Positions 26,672-35,380 of a stretch of 64,000 nt of DNA are shown one piece after another. Every line of letters starts with the position of its first letter. The first letter of the stretch is position 1. This DNA is from an uncultured Oscillospiraceae bacterium (GTDB taxonomy: Bacteria > Bacillota > Clostridia > Acetivibrionales > DTU013). Position numbers and translations under genes: made by a program. Location: NCBI GenBank assembly GCA_964490975.1, contig CAZBEQ010000012.1, positions 1,559-65,558 on the forward strand. Reading direction: 5' to 3'. The notes under the pieces are model-generated. The model was given only the letters and a program-made list of their open reading frames with translations. It was not told the origin of the DNA and ran no database searches.

Positions 26672-28459
26672 ATGAAAAAGAAAGGAAAGGCTTTACTGGC
26701 AGTAATTATGTGTGCAGCTATGGCATTTGCTATGACAGCATGCGGAGGCTCGCAAAAAAGTCCATCTACAGAGGCTTTGCGTTCAAATGAAAGTAACGTG
26801 AATTATTCCATGACAGAAGAACAGGAAATGGAAACACCTGCTGAAGCGCCGGCAGAAACACCGGCAGAAACACCTGCAGAAACACCTGCTGAAGCACTGG
26901 CAGAAGCACCGGCAGTGACGGCACCTGCGGAAACACCAGCACCTGAACTGATGAATGCACCTATGGGGGAAGTCGACAGGTTGATGAAGGTGGCAGCAGA
27001 CACAACCATGGCAGATGGAACAGCTCCTGATTTAATAACAAATGAAACGGAATTCAATACTGAAGAGTACAAAACCATAGAAGAGAACCGTTTGCAGAAA
27101 GTCAGCATGTCACCGCTTTCCACTTTTTCGATAGATGTCGACACTGCATCCTACAGCAATATGAGGCGCTATCTTGAGAATGGACAGCAGCCGCCGGCGG
27201 ATGCAGTCAGGATCGAAGAGCTGATAAATTATTTTTCTTATGATCTTCCTGAACCGGACGGTAACGTGCCGTTTTCTGTGACGACAGAGCTGGCAAAATG
27301 TCCGTGGAACGAGGACAATTACCTAGCTATGGTAGCACTCCAGGGGAAGACTGTTGACAATAAGGAACTTCCAAAGTCCAATCTGGTATTCCTGCTCGAT
27401 GTCTCCGGTTCCATGGATGAGCCGATGAAGCTGCCATTGCTGAAGTCTTCATTCAAGCTTCTGGTTGAACAGCTTGGCGAGAACGACAAGGTTTCGATCG
27501 TTGTATATGCAGGAGCTTCAGGTGTTATTCTCGAAGGTGCCCACGGTGATGAGAAGGAAATGATACTTGAGGCACTGGATGGACTTGAGGCAGGAGGCTC
27601 CACGGCAGGCGGCGAAGGAATACAGCTTGCATATAGGATAGTCAGGGATAACTTTATCACCGGTGGGAACAACCGCGTGATATTAGCCACTGACGGCGAT
27701 TTCAATGTCGGTGTCAGTAGCGAGGGCGAACTGACCAGAATGATAGAGAAAAAGAGAAAGGAAGGAATCTTTCTTAGTGTACTTGGTTTCGGTACAGGAA
27801 ACATAAAGGACAACAAGATGGAAGCGCTGGCCGACAAGGGAAATGGCAACTACGCATATATTGACAGCCTTATGGAGGCGAAAAAAGTCATGGTCAGTGA
27901 AATGGGAGCTACTCTTCTGACGATAGCCAAGGATGTGAAGATACAGGTCGAATTCAATCCTGCAAAGGTGAAGGAATACCGCCTGGCCGGCTATGACAAC
28001 CGAATGCTGCGCAATGAGGATTTTGATGATGATACCAGGGATGCGGGAGAGATAGGAGCCGGTCATAATGTCATTGCTTTCTATGAGGTGGTGCCTTGCA
28101 GGAACGGTGAGTATATAGAAAAATCTCAATTAAAGTATCAGTCAGCTGATGCTCGGCAGGAGTGGGAGAATGAATGGATGGAAGTAAGGCTCCGTTATAA
28201 GGAACCGAACTCCGATGTTAGTGAGAAAAAAGTACATACTATTACAGACCAAAATATCACAAATGATCCGTCGGATAATTTTGTATTCGCATCAGCAGTT
28301 GCCGAATTCGGACTGCTTTTACGAGACTCGCAGTATAAAGGAATAGCTTCCTTTGATAGTGTAAAAGGACGAGCTGAGAGTTCGATCGGCAATGATGCCG
28401 GGGAATACAGGAGTAATTTCCTGGAGCTTGTTGATAAAGCAAAAAGTATAATGGATTGA
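26672..28459 (+). CDS. von Willebrand factor type A domain lipoprotein (YfbK-like)
   Basis: 595 aa. Lipobox AFAMTAC, a Pro/Ala/Glu/Thr linker, and a vWA MIDAS motif LVFLLDVSGSM with later ATDGDFNVG. The C-terminal extension is typical of YfbK-type proteins. Confidence 0.85.
   Translation: MKKKGKALLAVIMCAAMAFAMTACGGSQKSPSTEALRSNESNVNYSMTEEQEMETPAEAPAETPAETPAETPAEALAEAPAVTAPAETPAPELMNAPMGEVDRLMKVAADTTMADGTAPDLITNETEFNTEEYKTIEENRLQKVSMSPLSTFSIDVDTASYSNMRRYLENGQQPPADAVRIEELINYFSYDLPEPDGNVPFSVTTELAKCPWNEDNYLAMVALQGKTVDNKELPKSNLVFLLDVSGSMDEPMKLPLLKSSFKLLVEQLGENDKVSIVVYAGASGVILEGAHGDEKEMILEALDGLEAGGSTAGGEGIQLAYRIVRDNFITGGNNRVILATDGDFNVGVSSEGELTRMIEKKRKEGIFLSVLGFGTGNIKDNKMEALADKGNGNYAYIDSLMEAKKVMVSEMGATLLTIAKDVKIQVEFNPAKVKEYRLAGYDNRMLRNEDFDDDTRDAGEIGAGHNVIAFYEVVPCRNGEYIEKSQLKYQSADARQEWENEWMEVRLRYKEPNSDVSEKKVHTITDQNITNDPSDNFVFASAVAEFGLLLRDSQYKGIASFDSVKGRAESSIGNDAGEYRSNFLELVDKAKSIMD
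26831..26944 (+). repeat. Imperfect 12-bp tandem repeats encoding (PAET/PAEA)n linker
   Basis: GAAACACCTGCT/GAAGCGCCGGCA/GAAACACCGGCA/GAAACACCTGCA... encodes ETPAEAPAETPAETPAETPAEALAEAPAVTAPAETPAP. Confidence 0.9.
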
Positions 28460-28465
28460 CGTTTT

Positions 28466-28506
28466 TAAACCCGGCTGCCCACTTTATGTGGGAGCCGGGT
28501 TTAAAA
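28466..28506 (+). terminator. Rho-independent terminator after the vWA gene
   Basis: AAACCCGGCTGCCCAC ... GTGGGAGCCGGGTTT long stem with one mismatch, flanked by A- and T-runs. Confidence 0.8.
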
Positions 28507-28619
28507 TTTAGGCAGGTTTTTTGCGTGTGTGGCAGCACTGCAACCTATGGATAAAAATATTGAAAACTGCTATAATAGTTCACATATATAATAGATGTTT
28601 AGATAAAGGTGGCTGTATT

Positions 28620-29294
28620 ATGGATAATAATTTAAAGTCAATAATTGAGAAAAGAATATCCAAAACGATAAAGAATCTTGAAAAAAACAACATGCAAGCT
28701 TTCTATGTTGAATCAAAGGCTGATGCTGTGAACAAGGTTGCAGAATTGATGAAGGAAGGCGAGACAGTTTTTTCAGGAGGTTCTATGACGCTGTTTGAAT
28801 GCGGAGTGATCGAACACCTTCGTTCAGGTAGGTACAATTTTCAGGATCGTTATGCAGAAGGCCTATCCAGAAACGAAATTGAAGAAATATACAGGAAGGC
28901 CTTTTTTGCAGACACTTACCTTTGCAGTACCAATGCGGTTACAGAGAACGGAGAGCTTTACAACGTGGATGGTAACGGCAACAGAGTTGCAGCCATTTGT
29001 TTCGGCCCCAAATCTGTGATCATAGTTGCAGGGTATAATAAGATAGTTGATGATATCGATGCCGCAGTGAGCAGGGTAAAGAGAATAGCTGCGCCTGCCA
29101 ATACTGTGAGGCTTTCGGGTAAGACTTATTGTAGCGAAAAAGGGGAGTGTATGTCACTGCAGTCGGGAGAAACCGGTATGACCAGCGGCTGCAGCAGTCC
29201 GTCACGTATTTGCTGTAGTTATGTAGTATCCGATTATCAGAAGGTGAAGGACAGGATAAAGGTTATTATTGTAGGGGAAGAGATGGGATATTAA
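28620..29294 (+). CDS. LUD-domain (LutC/YkgG-like lactate-utilisation) protein
   Basis: Start re-set to the ATG at 28620 (AAAGGTGG RBS). 224 aa. The N-terminus KRISKTIKNLEKNNMQAFYVESKADA.. and GGSMTL..CGV pattern are typical of DUF162/LUD proteins. Cys-rich C-terminus. Confidence 0.7.
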   Translation: MDNNLKSIIEKRISKTIKNLEKNNMQAFYVESKADAVNKVAELMKEGETVFSGGSMTLFECGVIEHLRSGRYNFQDRYAEGLSRNEIEEIYRKAFFADTYLCSTNAVTENGELYNVDGNGNRVAAICFGPKSVIIVAGYNKIVDDIDAAVSRVKRIAAPANTVRLSGKTYCSEKGECMSLQSGETGMTSGCSSPSRICCSYVVSDYQKVKDRIKVIIVGEEMGY

Positions 29295-29323
29295 ATTAGG
29301 CTCAAATTGCTCAGTATTTAACA

Positions 29324-29450
29324 TTGACAATATGGAAAATATGTGCAATAATACCTGGAAAGTGAGTATGCTTAGGTAAAAAACGCCTATAACGATTTTG
29401 CGGAACTGAGCAGCATAGGGACGGTACGAGTCCTACACGCAAGGCATCGA
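29324..29450 (+). promoter_or_regulatory. Orphan promoter plus structured leader (candidate cis-regulatory RNA)
   Basis: TTGACA (29324-29329), a 17-nt spacer and TGcAATAAT (29344-29352). The leader can form helix TTGCG (29398-29402) with CGCAA (29438-29442), enclosing hairpin TAGGGAC/GTCCTA (29416-29435). CGCAAGG (29438-29444) can alternatively pair with CCCTGCG (29451-29457), the terminator 5' arm. Confidence 0.35.
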
Positions 29451-29490
29451 CCCTGCGGAGTCACTCTTTTGAGTGATTTCGCGGGGTTTT
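29451..29490 (+). terminator. Rho-independent terminator ending the orphan leader
   Basis: A 16-bp stem, CCCTGCGGAGTCACTC (29451-29466) with GAGTGATTTCGCGGGG (29471-29486; includes 3 G-U pairs). TTTT loop, followed by TTTT. Confidence 0.7.
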
Positions 29491-29520
29491 CCGATTCTAT
29501 GAAAAATGTGGAGGTGGCTT

Positions 29521-29574
29521 ATGATACGTGTGTTAAACAATAGTGACAAACCGACTGTAATGGACTACATCTAG
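29521..29574 (+). pseudogene. 17-codon remnant resembling a GNAT acetyltransferase N-terminus
   Basis: A GGAGGTGG RBS is followed by MIRVLNNSDKPTVMDYI and a stop. The N-terminus resembles GNAT starts (MIR.l...D...v..fl). The family call is tentative. Confidence 0.25.
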
Positions 29575-29596
29575 AGAAATGAGACAGAGACCCCTT

Positions 29597-29625
29597 TAAA
29601 AAATTCCGGTATTATTGCCGGAAGA
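29597..29625 (-). terminator. Terminator of the chromate-transporter gene pair
   Basis: On the minus strand, TTCCGG...CCGGAA (plus coordinates 29604-29609 / 29618-29623) is followed by a T6 run. Confidence 0.55.
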
Positions 29626-29692
29626 TTATTGATATCAAGTGTTCATGTTCTTACTTCCACTGTCGTTTATGATAACTCCCAAAGAGCTGTTA

Positions 29693-30259
29693 CTATAGGA
29701 TAAATCCATATATTACAACGCCCACAGCGCCGGCAATAAGCATTACGTATATAGGGTTAAGCTTGAATTTTTTCAGCAGGAACAGGCTGACAGCAAAAAG
29801 TCCTACAGCAATAAAATTCAGATCAGATAAACTGAAATTAAAATTTTCTTTACCGAAAAAGGCAGTCAGCATTATTGAAAGCCCCGAGGTTGCTATCAGT
29901 GCAACGACTGCCGGACGAAGACCTTTTATAATTCCCTGTACCAGGGTGAGCCCCTTGAACCTGTAATACAGTATCGCAAGTATCAGTACGATGATACAAG
30001 ATGGGGTGACGCATCCTACTGTAGCGATTATTGCACCTGGTAAGCCGCCTATTTTGGTGCCGACAAAGGTGGATGCATTAATAGCGATGGGACCAGGAGT
30101 CATCTGCGATATCGTAAGAACGTCCATAAACTCTGTTGGAGTCAGCCATGAATGTATCTCGATCACCTGTTCCTGGATCAGCGGGAGGGAAGCATAGCCA
30201 CCGCCGAAGCTCAACAGTCCGACCAGAAAAAAGCTCCAGAACAATTGAAGGTATATCAA
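29693..30259 (-). CDS. Chromate transporter (CHR family), short-chain subunit 2
   Basis: 188 aa. FGGGYASLPLIQEQVI...MTPGPIAINASTFVG are typical CHR half-domain motifs. 4-nt overlap with the upstream partner. Confidence 0.85.
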   Translation of the reverse strand: MIYLQLFWSFFLVGLLSFGGGYASLPLIQEQVIEIHSWLTPTEFMDVLTISQMTPGPIAINASTFVGTKIGGLPGAIIATVGCVTPSCIIVLILAILYYRFKGLTLVQGIIKGLRPAVVALIATSGLSIMLTAFFGKENFNFSLSDLNFIAVGLFAVSLFLLKKFKLNPIYVMLIAGAVGVVIYGFIL

Positions 30260-30855
30260 TCTGATCCCTCCTTTGTGCTGGCTTTATTTTCTGTATCCGG
30301 TTTCTGCCTGGTGCGTAAAGTTGTATAGACCCCTAAAGCTCCGCATATCAGGAGGATAATTACGATATTGATATCAAATAGTGAAGCTGCTATAAATGAA
30401 AGCACCATAACTATAACGGGCAGGATGCGCTTGTCTTTTATTATCTTGGCAGCCATGCCTATTACTACATCAGCGATTACTGCAGCTACTCCTGCCTGCA
30501 TTCCTTTGAGCAGCGACTGTATTATGTGATTATCACGGAATGCTATGTAAAAAAAAGATATGATGGTAATAGTTACCAGTGGCGGAAGTACTGTACCAAA
30601 CACTGTTAGCAGTGCTCCGGGTACACCTGCCAATCTGTAGCCTACCAGGATCGATGTGTTAATGGCGATAGGACCCGGTGCTGACTGACCTATTGCAACC
30701 AGGTCAAGCATTTCATCCTCATCTATCCATTTCAGTTCCTTTACGAACCTTTTTTGCATAAGCGGTACAATAACATAGCCCCCGCCAAATGTAAATGCGC
30801 TTAATGTAAATGTCGAAAAAAACAGTTTCCAATAAAAGCGCTTGTCCTTTTTCAC
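30256..30855 (-). CDS. Chromate transporter (CHR family), short-chain subunit 1
   Basis: 199 aa with a GTG start after a GAGGAG RBS. FGGGYVIVPLMQKRFV...SAPGPIAINTSILVGY. Confidence 0.85.
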   Translation of the reverse strand: MKKDKRFYWKLFFSTFTLSAFTFGGGYVIVPLMQKRFVKELKWIDEDEMLDLVAIGQSAPGPIAINTSILVGYRLAGVPGALLTVFGTVLPPLVTITIISFFYIAFRDNHIIQSLLKGMQAGVAAVIADVVIGMAAKIIKDKRILPVIVMVLSFIAASLFDINIVIILLICGALGVYTTLRTRQKPDTENKASTKEGSD

Positions 30856-30939
30856 ACTAATTCTCCTCTGCTGTATATAAGAAACATGCTTTTATTAGTA
30901 TACTTAAAAAAACAAGCAATGCATATGCTTTTTTAAAAT

Positions 30940-30981
30940 TTAATGAACGAAGGGCAAAGAAGCTGCCACTTCGTTCATTAA
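30940..30981 (-). terminator. Hairpin immediately downstream of the ferredoxin gene
   Basis: 13-bp perfect inverted repeat TTAATGAACGAAG (30940-30952) / CTTCGTTCATTAA (30969-30981). On the minus strand it is followed by AATTTTAAAAAA. Confidence 0.55.
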
Positions 30982-30983
30982 TG

Positions 30984-31172
30984 CTACTCAACCTTTATTA
31001 CTGAGACCGGGCACCCTTCTTCAGCTTCTTTGGCGCACCCCTCAGCATCCTTCGGCACTTCATCTACATATACCTCAGCAAGTCCGTCGTCAGCCATGCG
31101 AAATACTTCGGGACAGGTGTTTGCGCAAAGCTCACAGGCGATGCAGCCTTCTCTGTCAATTGTTGCTTTCAT
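30984..31172 (-). CDS. Small [4Fe-4S]/[3Fe-4S] ferredoxin
   Basis: 62 aa. CIACELCANTCP and a distal C..P motif. Acidic, typical of mono-cluster ferredoxins. Confidence 0.85.
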   Translation of the reverse strand: MKATIDREGCIACELCANTCPEVFRMADDGLAEVYVDEVPKDAEGCAKEAEEGCPVSVIKVE

Positions 31173-31366
31173 TGGAAAACCTCCTTTAAACGGGAATTCA
31201 GCTGTTATCTCTTAACATATTATGCCGTAAATTGCGATTTTTATTTTGTATGTGGAAGAATATTATTACCAACGTTATTTAGCAATGAAACAATTTTTGT
31301 TATTATTCCGTCAATATGTTTTAGAAGTATATGTTATGACGACAATGCAGGTATAAAGAGAAAGGT

Positions 31367-32437
31367 ATGCAAATGAGAAAGAAGAGTATTGCGGTAATTG
31401 CATTAGTGATAACAGTTCTGACCTTGTCAATTATTCTTCTGTTTTTGCTCAAAGGCAATGATGGCAGGACGGGGCAGGACATAGAAGTTAGCCAGGACAC
31501 AGAAGCAGGACAGGACATAGAAGTTAGCCAGGATAGGCAACCTGCGTATGATGAGCAAGTCAAGGCTATATCACCTGAAAAAACTGCAGGAATATCAGAT
31601 AGTCGGATGGATACATCAGAAAGCGACCTGCCAACTGAAATTAACGGCGCAGACGACAGTGATTTCAGTGTGAAGGATGTTTCACTGATAAATGAGGAGG
31701 GGTTGACTGAAGCTGAGAGGATATTGCCGCCGGATGGCTTTGATCGTGTAACACTGGAAGAGGGTTCTTTCTGCGAATATTTGAGAAATTTACCGCTTAA
31801 GCCCCAAGGATCGCCTGTCAGATACTATGACGGAAGTATAAAACCATGGGATGTGCACGTTGCCGTCATTGACCTGGATGTGGGGAAAAGGGATCTGCAG
31901 CAATGTGCTGATGCAGTGATGAGGCTAAGGGCTGAGTATCTATATTCAAAAAAACTATATGATCAGATACATTTCAACTTTACCAATGGCTTTAATGCAG
32001 AGTATAAAAAATGGATGGACGGATACAGGATAAAAGTCACAGGCAATAAAGCAGTCTGGGTGAAGCAGGGGAGTAGCGGGACAGATTATGAAAGCTTCAG
32101 GAAATACCTTGATGTCGTGTTTGCTTATGCTGGCACCCTTTCTCTGTCAAAGGAGATGGAAAATATCGAACTGAAGGATATCCGTACCGGAGATGTGTTT
32201 TTAAAAGGAGGTTCTCCAGGACACTGTGTTATTGTATTGGATATGGCTGAAAATCCACAGACAGGTGAAAAGGTTTTCCTGACAGCTCAGAGTTATATGC
32301 CTGCGCAGGATATCCATATACTAAAGAATCCATCAAATGAAGGCGGAAATCCATGGTACCCGCTTGATTTCGGGGACGAACTGGTGACTCCGGAGTGGAC
32401 TTTTTCAAAGGATCAGGTTTACCGCTTCACAGACTAG
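31367..32437 (+). CDS. DUF4846-like protein with N-terminal membrane anchor
   Basis: 356 aa with a TM anchor and a repeat-containing acidic linker. The C-terminal region ...GDVFLKGGSPGHCVIVLDMAENPQTGEKVFLTAQSYMPAQDIHILKNP matches my memory of DUF4846. Confidence 0.6.
   Translation: MQMRKKSIAVIALVITVLTLSIILLFLLKGNDGRTGQDIEVSQDTEAGQDIEVSQDRQPAYDEQVKAISPEKTAGISDSRMDTSESDLPTEINGADDSDFSVKDVSLINEEGLTEAERILPPDGFDRVTLEEGSFCEYLRNLPLKPQGSPVRYYDGSIKPWDVHVAVIDLDVGKRDLQQCADAVMRLRAEYLYSKKLYDQIHFNFTNGFNAEYKKWMDGYRIKVTGNKAVWVKQGSSGTDYESFRKYLDVVFAYAGTLSLSKEMENIELKDIRTGDVFLKGGSPGHCVIVLDMAENPQTGEKVFLTAQSYMPAQDIHILKNPSNEGGNPWYPLDFGDELVTPEWTFSKDQVYRFTD
31475..31533 (+). repeat. 36-bp-period direct repeat within the coding sequence
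   Basis: The 23-nt exact repeat CAGGACATAGAAGTTAGCCAGGA occurs at 31475-31497 and 31511-31533. It encodes GQDIEVSQD twice. Confidence 0.9.
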
Positions 32438-33283
32438 CTACCCTAGCCTGTTTCTTGGAGAAGCACCGAATAATTTCTTATAGGCCCTTAAAAAATTGGA
32501 ATAATCATTGAAGCCGCAAAGCTCACTAGCCTGTGAGGATGGTGTTCCGCTCCTGATGAGGCTGTCAGCTTTAAGCAGCCTTTTCTGCTGTATGTAGCTG
32601 TGGATCGAATAGCCTGTAAGCTGCTTGAATTTATGCATAAGGTGATATCTGCTCAAGTAAAATCTGGAGGCTAATGCGTCTATCGAAAGATCGTCCCTAA
32701 TGTTACTGTTTACATAATTCATTACTTTTTTAATGTTATCATCTGTAATGATGTCATTGATCTCATTTTTTTCGCCGCTGCCTATCAATTCTCTTGTCAG
32801 TATTATCACTAGCTGCAGAAAAATAGAGTTTTTGAGTATCAAGGAGCCAAAGCCGATGCTTTTGCAGGCCTCCTCCAGTTTGTTGAGCAGTGTCTGAACG
32901 TATTTTAATTTGGAACAGTCGAGCCTTAGTAAATTATTGTTCCCATTTGTTAGCCGAAAGCAAGTGAACAGGTCGCAATCGCCGCTATGTTCGGCCAGAA
33001 ATCCGGGGTTTATCCAGATGACGATGCGCTCGTAAAGCATTGATGGATCGATCATTGGCTTGTGCACCTCGCTGCTGCTTACGAACAGGCAGTCCCAGGG
33101 CTTGAGTCTGTATGCTTTGCCTTCGATCAGATAAGTAACGCTTCCTGAAATGAATATGATTATTTTGCTGAAATCGTGATAATGGTATTCGAACTGCATA
33201 TTCTTCATATCGCTGAGGTGGAAGAATGCAAAATCGCCATTCAAATAACCCCGCTTCGAATCTCCTGATAAATTCTTATCCAT
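32438..33283 (-). CDS. AraC-family transcriptional regulator (cupin sensor plus HTH)
   Basis: 281 aa. N-terminal cupin-like domain and a C-terminal double HTH (..LSIDALASRFYLSRYHLMHKFKQLTGYSIHSYIQQKRL..A..L......S..A...GF.D.S.F.R.FK). Confidence 0.9.
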   Translation of the reverse strand: MDKNLSGDSKRGYLNGDFAFFHLSDMKNMQFEYHYHDFSKIIIFISGSVTYLIEGKAYRLKPWDCLFVSSSEVHKPMIDPSMLYERIVIWINPGFLAEHSGDCDLFTCFRLTNGNNNLLRLDCSKLKYVQTLLNKLEEACKSIGFGSLILKNSIFLQLVIILTRELIGSGEKNEINDIITDDNIKKVMNYVNSNIRDDLSIDALASRFYLSRYHLMHKFKQLTGYSIHSYIQQKRLLKADSLIRSGTPSSQASELCGFNDYSNFLRAYKKLFGASPRNRLG

Positions 33284-33323
33284 GGCCTCTTCTCCGAAAC
33301 TATATTAACACTGATCTCCTACA

Positions 33324-33357
33324 GCTATATTATGATTCCGGCTATTGTATGATTCCA
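33324..33357. promoter_or_regulatory. Tandem 17-bp direct repeats in the araC/DMT divergent region (candidate AraC half-sites)
   Basis: GCTATATTATGATTCCG (33324-33340) and GCTATTGTATGATTCCA (33341-33357) are adjacent, with 14 of 17 positions identical. Confidence 0.4.
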
Positions 33358-33583
33358 GCCATAAAATGATTACTTACTTAGTCTGAGTACTCATGCTGAA
33401 ATAAATAATCTGCTGATACCGTATTATGACAACCACACAATAAGCAAACTACAGAGCAGTATATGCCATTTATATAGTTAAAAATCTGAATACTATATAC
33501 CAACAGCAAGTCATTAAACGCTGGCATTTTAGATTATGTAAATCACAGGTATACACTAACAGCATTGTAAAGAAGGTGATTTT

Positions 33584-34543
33584 ATGAACTTCATAAAAGA
33601 GAAAAATGCAGCGGTATTTGTTCTTCTCAACGCTATAATGTGGGGTTCATCTTACATATGGTCCAAGATACTTATAGGATATCTTCCGTATTACATGATC
33701 CTGTTTTTGTACTCGCTGGGCGGGCTACTGTTTATAAGTGTGTTCTTTTTCAGAAGGCTCAGGGCACTTGATATGAAAACCCTTTTGACAGGCGCGGGGA
33801 TCGGACTGTTTTCAGTACTGAGCAATATTTCATGCATGCTGGCTTTAGGTGGCACCAGCAGTTCAAATACGGCCTTTATCGTTCAGATGTCAGTGATAAT
33901 GACGCCATTGATCATGACTGCGGCTGAAAGGAAGCTCCCTGGCAGGAGGACTGTAATGAGCTCTCTGACAGCTGTGCCGGGTTTGTTGCTCCTGACCTTT
34001 GACTTCAGGAGCTTCAGCTTCAAGCCTGGTGATTTATTTGCGCTTGCCAATGCATTGTTCTTCTCTCTATATCTTGCTTCACAGAAGTTGTTTGCCGGGA
34101 AGACAGACCCGGCAAGGTTTGCTTTTGTTCAGCATATCACAAGCACAGTGGTGTTTTTTGCAATGACAATGCTCTTCGACACTAAAAAGGCTGCCTTTGA
34201 TAAAATGGATCTAAAATCATCTTCAGTGTTGATATTGAGTATACTCATATCGGTTATCACGATTCTAATACAATCCAGCGCGCTTAAATTCATCCGGCCG
34301 GAAAAGGCGACAGTCATATATACACTTGAGCCTGTTGCTGCTGCAGTGCTGGCTTATTTTATCATAGGAGAGGGAATAAACGGTATTTCCTCGATTATCG
34401 GTTGTTTGCTAATAATTTTAGCTGTCGTAATGACGGTCAATGTGAAAGCTCCGCAAAAAAAGATTGGTACACAACCTGTGATAAAAAAGGTACAATATTA
34501 TAGACGGCAGTTTTCTGCAAATATGCTAAGGAAGGATGCCTGA
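33584..34543 (+). CDS. DMT-superfamily (EamA-type) transporter
   Basis: 319 aa with about 10 TM helices and two EamA-like halves. Divergent from the AraC regulator. Confidence 0.85.
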   Translation: MNFIKEKNAAVFVLLNAIMWGSSYIWSKILIGYLPYYMILFLYSLGGLLFISVFFFRRLRALDMKTLLTGAGIGLFSVLSNISCMLALGGTSSSNTAFIVQMSVIMTPLIMTAAERKLPGRRTVMSSLTAVPGLLLLTFDFRSFSFKPGDLFALANALFFSLYLASQKLFAGKTDPARFAFVQHITSTVVFFAMTMLFDTKKAAFDKMDLKSSSVLILSILISVITILIQSSALKFIRPEKATVIYTLEPVAAAVLAYFIIGEGINGISSIIGCLLIILAVVMTVNVKAPQKKIGTQPVIKKVQYYRRQFSANMLRKDA

Positions 34544-34593
34544 GCCGACCACGAAGAGAGCTTGGTAAGTCGGCTTGGACAAAATGAAACTTT

Positions 34594-35349
34594 ATGACAA
34601 AATTAATTTCCTGGAACGTTAATGGACTGAGAGCTTGTATTAATAAAGGCTTCATGGATTTTTTCAATTCAGTCGATGCCGATGTGGTCTGCCTGCAGGA
34701 GCCGAAGTTGTCTGAAGGTAAATTGCAGCTTGATATGGAAGGATATCATCAGTTCTGGAATCATGCTAAAAGGAGAGGATACTCCGGAACTGCCATTTTT
34801 ACAAGGATCAAGCCTTTAAGTGTCACATATGGGATCGGCATGGAGGAGCACGATAATGAAGGCAGAGTAATAACCGCCGAGTTTGAGGATTATTATCTTG
34901 TAACTGTATATGCTCCGAACTCACAAAGGGAGCTGGCGCGTCTGCCGTACAGGATGACCTGGGAGGATGCTTTCAGGTGTTATCTTCTCAAGCTTGGTTC
35001 TTCGAAGCCTGTGATCGTTTGTGGCGATATGAATGTTGCCCATAAGGAGATCGATATCAAAAACCCAGCCTCGAACAGGAAAAGTGCAGGCTTTTCCGAT
35101 GAAGAAAGGGCGAAATTCACAGAACTCCTGGATGCGGGCTTTATCGATACATATCGTTATTTTTATCCTGACAGGGAGAATGCATATACCTGGTGGTCAT
35201 ACATGTTTAATGCCCGCGAAAAAAATGTGGGCTGGCGGATAGACTATTTCTGCGTTTCACAAGCTCTGAGGGATCGCCTGACGGGAGGTGACATACATGC
35301 TGATGTATTGGGCTCTGATCATTGCCCGGTCGAGTTAAGGCTTAGCTAG
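34594..35349 (+). CDS. xth: Exodeoxyribonuclease III
   Basis: 251 aa. [14 protein letters not shown]...LQE.K...GYSG.A....[12 protein letters not shown]...WSY......N.GWRIDY...SDHCPV. Confidence 0.95.
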   Translation: MTKLISWNVNGLRACINKGFMDFFNSVDADVVCLQEPKLSEGKLQLDMEGYHQFWNHAKRRGYSGTAIFTRIKPLSVTYGIGMEEHDNEGRVITAEFEDYYLVTVYAPNSQRELARLPYRMTWEDAFRCYLLKLGSSKPVIVCGDMNVAHKEIDIKNPASNRKSAGFSDEERAKFTELLDAGFIDTYRYFYPDRENAYTWWSYMFNAREKNVGWRIDYFCVSQALRDRLTGGDIHADVLGSDHCPVELRLS

Positions 35350-35351
35350 CC

Positions 35352-35380
35352 GAATCAGGGGGGACGGGGGTTTTTGATTC
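35352..35380. terminator. Hairpin between convergent xth and the helicase gene
   Basis: GAATCA...TGATTC flanks a G-run/T-run (GGGGGGACGGGGGTTTTT). It overlaps the helicase stop codon. Confidence 0.45.

Noticed and set aside
29416-29435. GGTACGAGTCC within the orphan leader resembled a tRNA T-arm (GGTTCGAGTCC).
   Set aside because: The loop does not fit TTCRANY. No acceptor, D or anticodon arms can be drawn around it.
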